DNA of 64,000 bases from Phyllosticta citribraziliensis. Lineage: Eukaryota. Position 1 is the stretch's first letter; the number at the start of each line of letters is the position of its first letter. Of the stretch, positions 23,201 through 34,207 are shown piece after piece. Under the pieces are notes generated by a model that did not search any database, had not been told where the DNA came from, and worked only from the letters and a program-made list of their open reading frames with translations. A program made the position numbers and the translations under genes. The stretch spans positions 1,302,001 through 1,366,000 of the forward strand of contig NW_027117340.1 in NCBI RefSeq assembly GCF_038025025.1, read 5' to 3'.

Positions 23201-26200
23201 GGCCTGCCTCTTTGCGAGCTGCCTGGCCCAACTTCCTTGCCTCATGTTGCTTCATCGCCCGCCTGCCAGCCCGCTGGCCCCACAGACAGCCGCCCGCCTG
23301 CCCGGTGGACTGGATGGCGGTACAGCGCCGCAGCTCCATGGTCCTAGATGCGGGCTCCATCTGGTCTGGCCTCCGGTCTGCATGGACTCGACGCACGCCT
23401 GGTTGGGCGGGTTAGATGGGCTGTTGGTGACACTGCCTGTCCGTAGGCTCGTAAAGCCAACGTCTCGCTGGGCAGCAACTGGCGGCGGCGCGCGCGCGTG
23501 TTTACCGTAAGCGAAGAGATGAGGAACAATGGAAGCGAAGACAAAGACGTTGCATGCTGCATGCCGCGCCGGCGATGCACCCCTGAGCTCCTGCGGCTGC
23601 ACTGCGCTGCCGAGAAGCGATGAGCCAATGATGAGAGTGCCCCTGCTCTTGAAATCTACCTCGTCGGCAGCGCCTTGGGCCTGTGACTGCGTGGATGAGA
23701 CGGCAAAACATTGAGCCATGACTTGGGATTCCGCGCCGTGCTGCGAATTGACGATTGGGGAACTGCAGCAACCAGCAGAGGGTTTGCTGGCAAGGGCAGA
23801 CAGATGGACGGGCACGGGAGACAGGGGCAGGCGACTTCGCTTGCCCTGTAGTACCCGAACATGGGCGGGGACGGGCAGGTAATGTATGTTGGTTGGATGA
23901 TTGGCTGTCAAAGGGCATCAAATCAAGCACCACGACCGCCTCACGGATTTGCCCCTGCGGCAAGACCTTCCGGGAGCTGGGCGGCCTTGTAGTCCACCGA
24001 ACTGCCGAATGAGCAGACGGATTGTTGCATTCGTCTTGCGTTGCCTGACTTGGTCACGGACTGCGTCGTGTTGTTCCCTTTCTCGTCCAGCGTGCTTGCC
24101 GGGCTCCGGCGAGCTGGGTTGGACCAGGGCCCGTTCATGCATGGCGGAGCTGCGAAAAAAATCAAGACGAAGCCGACGAGACCTCGTGGTGCTGCCGTGT
24201 GGGTGCCGTATCATGGCATGTACGTACCACGCGTCTTGCACGAAGGTGGGCTCGTTGACCGGAGGGGCCCGGCCGCCCCAACCGCCCAACTCCACTGTTT
24301 CGTGTCCACGCGGACGATGGCGGGAAGGGCACGAAGACGAAGACGGCGCGCAGAGAGACAGGACCGGCGGCGACGGGGCCGGCGAAAGGCAAAGGCGGGA
24401 ATGAAGAATTCTGCGTCCTGGTCGCCGCCTCGCGTAACGTGTGATTGGGCATTGGCCGCTAGCGAGGCGAGGCTGCGGTGCGGTCCCAGGCCAGAAAAAA
24501 AGGCTCAGGACGGCAGGTGTTTCAGAAGCGCTGTTGCTTTGCTGCGACGGGAGGTGGAGATGTTTGGTCGTGGGAGCAGATCGCGTCGGGGCAAACACTC
24601 CACAGACGGGCGTGGCGCCCAAGGGTCGTCCTGCTGCAAGCGCTAGGTTGGTGTTATGCTTCCCATGCCTTCTCGAATTCCAACTGATTGATCCCGGTCC
24701 AAAGCGAAGCTGCATCCGCTGCAAATAATAGAGGCCTCCATCTGTTCTTTTGCTCGAAAATTGTCACCAGACGAGCGGCCCACATTCAACCTCAACCTGG
24801 AGCAGCGGCATGAACCATCGCCTGGAATTTCCCAATTCTTTCTTGGAGATCACCGCCGCAGCGTGACAAGCTGTCTGATCAACACCGTCTTTTGGCGTAC
24901 GCGGTACAGCGAATCAACAAACCCCCACTTTGACAGGCCACAAAGCCTCTGCAATCTTTCAGTCGAGAGTTGCAGCCTACGATTGCTCAACTTGGTGACA
25001 GGAGATCGACGCTCGTTGGCAAGTCAGGCGAGCATGGAATCAACGTCATCCAGCACGCGAAAAAAGCAAAGTCGGGCGTGGTTGTACAAGGGCAAAGCAG
25101 AGGCTTTGGAAGAGCATCCAAGGCAGGATCGGCAGCGCGGCGTGCGTACAGCGCTGCAGCAACGGCTCCAGAGTGTTGAGGAGGAGCGAAGATCAGTGAC
25201 GGTCAGCAAAGGCCAATGCCCACACAGCTCAGCCAGCCGTGTGCTGCTCTGCCTCTCCACATCCTCATTGCTTGGGGAAGTCCGGAGGCCTTGCCGCCGT
25301 GTGACTCTGTCCGTTGCTGCCAGATTGCCCCCCGGTTCACCCTGCCGTTGGGCTCGGCGGCTGCGGTGCCGTACAAGCCATGCGCGATGGCGTAGGTGTG
25401 CGCCCCTGTCGAGGCATTGTGTGTAAAGTCAGCAAGGGCAGCCAAAGGATGCCACTCCGCAAGGGTGTGTCTTGGACCCGGTCTGTGGGTTGACCGTCGT
25501 GACTTGAAGATTTCGGTCGTGAATGGTTTGGATGACGCAGGGCGCAGATGGCAAAACGCGAGGGGCGTCGGACGACGATGATGAGGTGTCGGAGGATTCT
25601 ATGCACTCGCGGTTGGGAAGTGTGGCCGTGATGCCACGCAGGGACTCCCCAAGCCATGATGTAAAGTGGCTCCAGGCGAGGTTGCCATGGGACGCCTTAG
25701 CTGTCTCCTCGTTTGATTGGAGCCTGTTTTTTGTCCTAATCTGAAGGGGCATCCGCCTATACAGGCCCTCAAGACTTCGGAAATACACCCTCGTGGTAGT
25801 CATTGCGAAGCGCGGATATTCGGTCCCAACCAAGGGATGACACTTGGCCAATGAACAATATATTGCCTGCCGCAACAGATGGGTGGTCATTAGTACAGGG
25901 AATGTCTCCCTTCACAATTACAACCTGCCATGCTGGTCCAAGGGGAGTCTTAAACATGGACCACGGCGCCCGTCGCGGATGAGGCAGCAACACGATTGAT
26001 AGTCAAAAGAGACGAATAGCTAGACTACGGCCCTGAAAGCCAAGTACAGTAGACGTGGGCAACTCATTCATGGCACACTTTGGCTGAAAAGCCGATGGGC
26101 TTGACCAGTCAGTCCTCCGACGAATTCCACAATGAAAGCAGCCAACACCGTGAGCAGCAAAGTCACAGATGGAGGCCGCATAAATTCCAATGCCATACAC

Positions 26201-26783
26201 TCCTCCTACAATGATGGCAAGACCGCCCTTCGCCATAGCCATCTTGCGGCGCAGCTGGCAAGGAACAGCACGGATCTATGACATCGTGGTCCAATTTGCT
26301 GGATGCCTTGCTTCCCACATCAAGCTTTGACCGAGAAGCCTCTCGATCCAGGTGTCCAAGATGGGTACTTGGACCTGAGCACTGGGACAAGGCGAACACA
26401 ATGGCTGTGCAGGCGGCCCGAAAGAAGAAGCCTATATCGACATCGATTCTCGAGTATTGAGAAGGGGGCTGACGCGGGACTTGATACAGCCAGCCGTGGA
26501 TAGACTCTCAAGAAATTCGAGGCACTGGGGCGATGGATCTGAGCGCGACCCAGTCATTGCGACTGTCTACTGCTGTCTATCCTGCTGCCTTTTGTCGAAC
26601 CAGTTGAATACAAGATGCATCTGACTTTTCGACCTGGATCCACCTGCGCTACAACCGGAAGAGAAAATCCAACCCTTAAACGCCAATGTCCGTCCATGAA
26701 CGGATCGCCCTTGATGCTTCCCTAACCGTTGACCGTCAACATGACAACCAGCACTCTCGACTGTCGAACACCCCAATAGTAAA

Positions 26784-28861
26784 TTAGCGACGGCCCAAGA
26801 AGGACCGCGCAAAGTCATCGGCAGGATCACTACCCAGAGAGGCCTGTCCACTCAATCGGTAGGTTTGAGTCTCCTTCTGCGCGGCGAGAACCTTGGCGTG
26901 GAGCTCAGCAGCACCCGTGTCGATTGCTTGGAGCTGAGAAAGGTGGCTGTTGAGTACACGGACAACTTGGGTGAGCTGTTGAGGTTGATGTCAGTACAGA
27001 AGATCGCCACAAAGTATAAAAAAAAGAACATCATACCGGGTCGTCGGGCTTGTCCGTCTTGCTCAATGTAGCCGAAACACCATTGATCTCGTCAATCATG
27101 TAAGAGAGGTCCTTGTTGAGGTCGTTGAGTCGGTCACACAGCTTTTCAGCAAGTTTGTACCTGAGAGCTGTCAGCGAGACTATCGAATCCTGGGTGTGCG
27201 GATACATACGTCCTCTCGCGCTCCTGGTCAGGGCCCTGGAGGCCGTCGGATCCAGTTCCGGTAACCATCTTCTCCATCATTTCATCAACGTCCTTCTCAT
27301 AGCTGTCCAACCACCGCGACAGCTCTGCCTGGTCATTCTCAACAGCAGTGAGCTGACGCTCAACTTCTCCAGTGTCTTTGCCAGCTTGAAATGCCTTGGT
27401 GTAAAGTTTGGCAATCTTGTCACTGTTCTCCACCAGCATGCGGTCCCACTCCGCGACCTGCTTTGCTTGGCTCTGGAATCTCTTTTGATATTTCGACAGG
27501 TCAGTTGCCCAACGCGTGATGATCTCGTCCATGGACTTGTTCTTCAGCCTGGATTGGGAGCTCGGGGGGTTGCCAATGGTGGAAGCTCCAAGGTTGGTGC
27601 TCGGGGCTGCAGCAGGCAGTCCAGAAGTGGCACTGGTAGAGGGTCCAGCAGTCGCTGTGGTTGTCGAAGCATTCTGACCAGAAGATGAAGTTGTACCGGC
27701 TCCTCCGAGCGAAAAGGTCGGTACCGAAGAGGTCTTGGTGCCACCTCCGAGCGAGAATGTTGGTGCGGAAGTGGCAGTCGTGGTAGATTGAGCGGTGCCA
27801 GAGCTCTGCGCAGGTGCAGCGCCGAGCGAGAAACCTCCGCTTGGAGCCGTGGATGTGGTTGGCGCGGTGGTCGTGGCGCTTGATCCCGTCTGTCCAACAG
27901 AGGTCGAAGCCGGAGTTTTACCAAAGGCGTTGCCAAAAGCTGTCGTGCCCGGTGTCGCAGAGCTTCCGCCAGCGGTTGAGGCTGGTGTATTGCTGGCGCC
28001 TCCAAAAATATTGGGGTTGCTGCTGGCGGGGCTGTCAGCGCCATCCTTCCTAAACAGCGAGCTTGGCTGGTCGCTGCTCGTGGTCGCAGGTGCCTGGCTG
28101 CTGCTGGGCTGAGAGCTAGGAGCTTTTTGCCCAAGCGAGAACGGGCTGGACGAGCTTCCGGCTGGTTGAGCTGTCGAAGACGAAGGGAATGAGAAGGCAG
28201 GCTTGTTCCCGGTAGAAGCGCTGTTGCTAGCAGGTTGGTTCATGGAAAACAGCGAGGGCTTCGAAGCATCTTTCGACTGGGCAGCTGGTGTTGCACCTCC
28301 GAACAAGGAAGAAGTCTGGGGCTGTGACGGTGCAGAAGACGCCGGAGTGGCAGTGTTGGTGGTGGATGGAGCGGCGCCGCCAGGAGTCGTGCCAAACAGA
28401 GGCTTTGAAGAGTTGGCACCAGCACCCAAGCTGAACGGGCTCGAGGCAGCTTCGGTAGGTTTGGCACCAAATAAGAAGCCACCTCCAGATGGTGGGTTGC
28501 CTGCTGGTGTAGTAGAGCCACCAGTGTTGAAGAGGCCAGTCTTTGCAGCCGGAGTTGCGGCGCCTCCAAACAAGTTGCTCGAATTGCCAGTAGTCGCTCC
28601 ACCAAAAGGAGACTGAGTCGCGCCCGTAGAAGCCTTGGCTCCAGCGCCTCCGAAAAGACTAGGGCTCGAGCTTCCCGACGTCGTCGAACTCGCGGTGTTT
28701 CCTCCAAAACTGAGACCGGGTCCCGCAGCAGGCTTGTTGAAAGAGAAAGGACTGCCGTTATTGGATCCACCACTGCCACCACCGCCGCCGCCAAAGAGAC
28801 TCCCGCCGCTGGCTGCCCCGAAAATCGACTTGGGTTGTTCCTTGGACGAATCGTTCGACAT
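26784..28861 (-). CDS. NSP1: FG nucleoporin Nsp1/Nup62, 655 aa
   Basis: Exons 28861-27210, 27160-27037, 26975-26784 (1968 nt). SLFG/FSLG/FSF repeats, then the Nsp1_C coiled coil LKNKSMDEIITRWATDL...QVAEWDRMLVEN and LTQVVRVLNSHLSQLQ. Confidence 0.93.
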
Positions 28862-29301
28862 TGTGAGTTAGACTCGACGCGCGAGTTGACAAAGGTTTGG
28901 ATCCGCGGCTGGTGTGTTTATTCGGTTGCGAAACGGTGCAAGAGACGGAAATTTGAATTTTGCAGGAGCGGGCGACGTGATGATACGCGACCGGGCGGAG
29001 TCGATGGGGAAGGGAAGTCGTGGAAAGGCGTCGAGGCGGACGCGTTTGCTCTAAACAAATGAAGCTTCAGTTGGAGAACGTGGAAAGTCGTCGGCGGTCG
29101 GGGGCCCGAGCGCGCGCTCCAGGCACGTGATGATGGAGTCGCCAGGGTTAGGTGGTCGATCATTGCTCGTTGCACTGCCTCTGGGGAGATCACTACACAT
29201 CAACCTCTGCCTACCTCTCAGCAATCCTACAATTCAAATCCTCCTCACGTTTTCTCCATTCTTCTCCAGTCCTTCTTGCGATCTTTGAGGACCCGAGCAT
29301 C

Positions 29302-31173
29302 ATGACCGAACTTGAACCGCCCAGGAAGAGCGTCGAGCTCGAAGATTCCGGTGCGCATGAGCTAGGTAAGTCCGCAGCCATCCTGTTTCAAAGCGTCCCG
29401 GCCTCGCACGCAGCCTGAATTTGACCTTGGTTTGCCCTTTCTCGCTCGGAAACGGTCACTCCTCCGTCTCGAGGGCGGCACCGTTTCAAGGTGGCCTTGG
29501 CGATGCCCAGGGAGTGCTGGCGGGGACCCGGACACTCAAAGTCGCGTGTTCACATCTCCATTAAACTCTCCATCTAACTTCCGCCCTTCAGCTGAGTCCT
29601 CAGACGGCGACGAACACTTCTCTGATGCTTCCGAAGGCCGCTCCCCTCCCGTCGACCGCTCCAACCTAACTTCTCCCACACCCATGACACGAGTTGAAAA
29701 GGTCGACGACGAGCCGAGCTACGGAGAGGTTCCAGGAACGGAGGCATACAACAAGAGGACGCAGGATGCCGTGCCAGACCAAGTCGAGATTGTTCCCGAG
29801 GGCAGCCGCAGTCGCAGCGCATCCAGCCTGAGCGTATCCGATCGTCCAACTACCCCGCGGTCGCCTGGAGGCACACCTGTCGTTGTCGTTGAAAAGGTTG
29901 ATCCGGAACATCCTAGCCATGGCGAGGTGCCCGGAACAGAGGCGTACCAGCATCGCCAGGCGGACGCCGTCCCTGATCTTGTTTTGAAAGCGCCCGACGC
30001 ACCCAACGAAGGTGAGTCGCCGATTTCTTACGTGGCCGGAACTGGTCAGCGAACCTATTGACAGGACAAGGATCGCCAACTGCCTCTGATAGATCGGAAA
30101 CCTTGAGCGATGGTGACCAAGCCCCAGACGAAAGCAAACCCGAAGAGCCTTTGAGCTCTCAAGATACGGATACCGGCGGACATGCGACTGGGGATGGGGA
30201 CCAGAACCTGGGTGATGATTTTGACGATTTTGAGGAAGGCGGCCAGGATGAGGACTTTGGAGATGATTTCGGAGATTTCGACGACGGCTTTCAAACTTCT
30301 GGGGACAATATTGGGGATTCCTTTGACGAGCCCTCTCGGCCTGTATCCGACTCGATTCCATTATACGTAAGTCATCAGAGCCTGTCGTTACCTCTAGGTC
30401 GAATAGAAATCACATCTTTTGTTCACCTAGCGATTTTCAAAGCCAAACATGAAAGCGGTGTCTAACTACCGTGGCAGCCATCCCCAAGTTTCGAGGGGCT
30501 TGATGCCGAAGGCGTACTCGGCACAAGCCAGAAGTTTGTAAACCAGATCTTCCCATGTCCCAATGAGAATCAGCCGCGGATCGACCACGAGATCAGCCCG
30601 TCTCTTCTTTCAGAGAGGAGTCTCTCGCTTTGGGCACAGCTCGTAGCCCCGCCACCTCTGCAGCCGCCAAACTGGGTCCGGTCCCGGATTAGGCGACTGT
30701 TCCTCGTATCTCTCGGAGTGCCCGTTGATCTAGACGAGATACTGCCAGCGAGCAAGCAAAAGAAACTTGTGCTCCCATCAATCCACGGCGGCGGGGATCG
30801 TTCGCCGCGTCCGTCAGCAGACGAGTCGGCAAACGGGGCGGCATCGAAGCTCAGGAAGGAGGGCCAACAATCGAACACGTCGATAGATTTCAATGCGTCA
30901 AGAACCGAACGTAAGAGGCGTGGACCTCCGCCCCCGCCCGAGTTCGATGTCAGCGCCACGACGATGCTCTGTTCAACCACCGAGGCAGCGCTGAACAACT
31001 TTACCGATGAAGAGCTCATGGCCCACGTGCAGAGGCTGAAAGAATTGCTCAAGCGAGCCGAGGAGGTGATGGTCTACTGGACAAAGCGCAAGGAAAGCGC
31101 CATTGGGGACAAGGAAGCGTTCGAGGCGGTGATTGAGAACCTCGTCAAACACGCAAAAAAGGTCAGGAAGTGA
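29302..31173 (+). CDS. LAA2/YBL010C-like (DUF5102) AP-1 accessory protein, 493 aa
   Basis: Exons 29302-29365, 29592-30011, 30065-30366, 30478-31173 (1482 nt). DFDDF/DFGDF motifs, the conserved block RSLSLWAQLVAPPPLQPPNWVRSRIRRLFLVSLGVPVDLDEILP, and a C-terminal DKEAFEAVIENLV helix. Confidence 0.75.
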
Positions 31174-32682
31174 GCAGTTCGAAGTGGCGCGCGAAAAGCC
31201 TTTTTCATGGATCCATTGTTATCAACAACAACACATGGCACCGGTCTGGAGCACGAGAGGTGTCTCCTTGTAAACCAGCCTATCACCACGTCCGTACATG
31301 GAGCCGGACCACTGCTCCGCCACTGCAAGCGCCGCGCCACCCACTCGTAGAAGGGCCCTCGAATAGACGCGGCGTGGCGGCTCCCATGCAACGATCGAAT
31401 CATTAACGTCTACGGATTTGCCCACCAACCTATCACCGTTGGAGGATGGACGTGGAGAAAGAGGGCGAGGACACGCAGGCGCCGTAGTCCGCTTGTCGAC
31501 CGCCGGGCGGTGGGTACATAATAGTGGCGGCCTTCTCGCGGTACATGCCCTTTTGGAGGCGCAGTGCCGGATCGACGTGCCTAGAGGGTCAAGCGCTGAG
31601 CGCCAGCACAGAATAACAATTGTCCAGTAATACAACCTATTTCCTCAAACGGCTCAGCCGGCAACCCCGGGCAGCCGTACGCCAGTATGACGTGCCAGAG
31701 AATAGTTTCGCAGAGAGCGTTCAAACATGGCATTGGCTATTTCTCAATGGTGCAGGAAAGGAGAGGGGAGCAAAGCAGACACCAAGCGGTTGTGGGCACG
31801 GCAGGGGCAGAGCAAGGGCACGCAAGCTGGGGCGAGGGCTACCACGGCAGCGCGAGTGATTCGGGCCGAGATTGAGGTGGACTGCGATCTTCGCTGGCGG
31901 ACTGAGCGGTTTTGAGGCGTGATGCGGTGAGATTTGCAAGATGACGTTGATCACCTGTAGCGGGCAAATGGAAGGAGGAGGATGATGGACCGTTGAGGCG
32001 ACAGAAGGGCATGAATGATGAGCTGTGTAGCGCAAAAGGCGTCGATGCGAGATGAAATCGAGAGATGAGGTTCAGCTCTTCCCCCTCGGAAGCCCCTGTG
32101 CCCCTGTTCACCTAGTAGGGCTGGCTGGGCGGGCGGGCGGGCTGACGAAGTGCGGATGGCAGAACTAGTGAACGGGAAGAGGACCCTGAAGCGCGTTTGA
32201 CAGGGCGGCCGGCGGCGGTTGACCGGCGCCATACCGTACATGTGGCGATCGGCGACCTTAAAAGACACGACGGCACCTGAAACCGGGCCTGTTGGTGCGG
32301 ACGACTGAGTTGGAGGGTGGAGCTCGAGCGTTCAGTTCAGAGACGAGAGGCAAGAGTCCTGAGAGGGCAAGAGGGCGGCTGGCGGTTGCCAAGGTCCAAG
32401 AGCGGTGGTTGGCCGCGCCAGAGGGCAACACCGCAGGCCGCCAAAACAATTTCCTTTTTTTTTCCCCTCTTTTTCTTTTTCTCCCTCTTTTCTCCACGAC
32501 GCTCGGGGCCGATGACAGACAGACTGCGACTGGCTCGGCTGCCGCTCAACATTATCCTGCGGTTGGCCGGCCGGCCGGCATCTGTCCCATGCTCCACCAG
32601 ATGGGCATGCAATCCGCGCGTAAGCGAGAGAGGAGGAAAAGGAGCCGTGCATGCCCGGGAGGCGCAACGAATCGGGATGAGG

Positions 32683-32683
32683 T

Positions 32684-32713
<30 letters not shown>
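32683..32713. repeat. (GTC)n microsatellite
   Basis: About 10 units in the NIK1 upstream region; (CTGA)n at about 33761-33788 and (GGAC)n at about 33322-33345 lie nearby. Confidence 0.85.
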
Positions 32714-32714
<1 letters not shown>

Positions 32715-34165
32715 GCTTCGCAGTCGGCGCCTGTTGCTGCGTGGAGACTACGGACGCAAAGAGGCAGAAACGAAGGGGTGAGGGACGGGGACAAGACCTG
32801 CGACGCCGGTCTCTGAGATGGTGAATGATGGCCGTGAGAGGGAGATTGCGAGCTACGCACCGCCGTCGTCAGTGGCAGCGGGTTTGGTGGTTGTGGACGG
32901 GCTGGAGAGCAACAGCGACAAGGCCGCCACGAGCCAGGACCGTCTGCCCTGGCGGCAAGCCGACTACGACGTGGAGGCGGCCAAAACGCGCGAGCGCATG
33001 GCTTCGGCCAGGTACCGCACAGGCACATTCTCAGCACGCACGCATGTACATACATGGTGTAGGGTACCTAGTAGACCGGGGTGGCGAAAAAGCAGCTGCA
33101 CTCGACGATGCGGATGCTCATGTGGAGGTATCACGGGGCGGCGTTGCGAACTAAGGTAGCCAGGCGTGAATTGAAGGGGTAAGTGGTAGTACCGGGCAGG
33201 AATTGTAAACAACCGACTTGTCCGTGGAAGCGTCTCACAGTCTACAGTATACAGATCCGGGTAACCGGTGTACCAGGGCGGCGGTTCATTGCTTGTTGGG
33301 CTTCCTTGGAGAGAGGGTGCAGGACGGACGGACGGACGGACGGACCGCAGAGGAGAACGAGACGGAGACGGAGGCGTGAGGCGAGGCAGGCTGCGCGCCC
33401 GTTGGGCACATGCGGCCGGGGGGCTCGGTGGCGTCCGCTCCACTTCAGTCCAGTACTCATGGAATTGTGCCAGAGGACAAGACCAGCAATGGCGAATGGA
33501 CAAAGCCGTGCCCACGACCGTGGCTTCAGCATCCTATGTCGCCAGGCAGACTGGAGCCGGCGCTTCCACGCGCAATACGTCAGCGCCGCAGCCGAAGGAA
33601 ACGAAAAAAAGCCAAGAGACACGACGAAGAGGCACTAGTCGGAGGCCGGCCCCTGTTCCTTGACGAGGTGCATGTTCTCGAGCTGCCTCGATTCGTTCGC
33701 CTAGATAGCCTGCCCATCGCTGCTCTGCCTGCCGGCCTGCTTGCGCTGCGACTGACTGGGACTGACTGACTGACTGACTGACTGACTGAGCAATCGCGAC
33801 TGTCTGCGCTGCGCAACCAACCTCCACACGCTCCTTTTCCCACACCACACTCCCGTCCGCCCGACTCGCCTGCTCTGCTCTGCTCGAGTCTCGTCTCGTC
33901 TCGTCTCGGCTTCTTTTTCTCTCTTCCTCCGTTCGACGTCTTGGTCGTTTGTTGCCGCCTCCAGTCCCCAGCCGCCAAAGGTCCCCTCCCCTCCCTCTCA
34001 CTCCCTCTCCCACACCCCCGATTCCTCGCAACTGAGCCCTCTCGCTCGCCGCCCCATCCTCGCCCCCCCGCGCTGTGGCACGAACAGCAGCCTCACAACG
34101 ACACCAACGCCCACCCCGGACCCTCCGACCCCCGCTTTCCACCCTTTTTGCGACTCTCTGGCCCA

Positions 34166-34192
34166 ATGTGCGGTGCGAGAAACACGCAGTAG
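34166..34192 (+). promoter_or_regulatory. Short uORF (MCGARNTQ*) in the NIK1 leader, in frame with the main ORF
   Basis: ATG at 34166 and TAG at 34190-34192, 15 nt before the NIK1 ATG (34208); it lies downstream of a long CT-rich tract. Confidence 0.45.
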
Positions 34193-34207
34193 TCGTGCAT
34201 CACAACG

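Noticed and set aside
24736..24752. snRNA-like fragments (U2-like ATCTGTTCTT; U5-like GCCTTTT at about 18562; RNase P-like GGAAATTTCGG at about 22202)
   Set aside because: These are isolated short matches with none of the flanking conserved elements.
22700..26700. Overlapping ORFs up to 268 aa, including a hydrophobic stretch at 26003-26242
   Set aside because: There is no recognisable family or codon bias, which fits GC-rich intergenic sequence. A decayed gene cannot be excluded.
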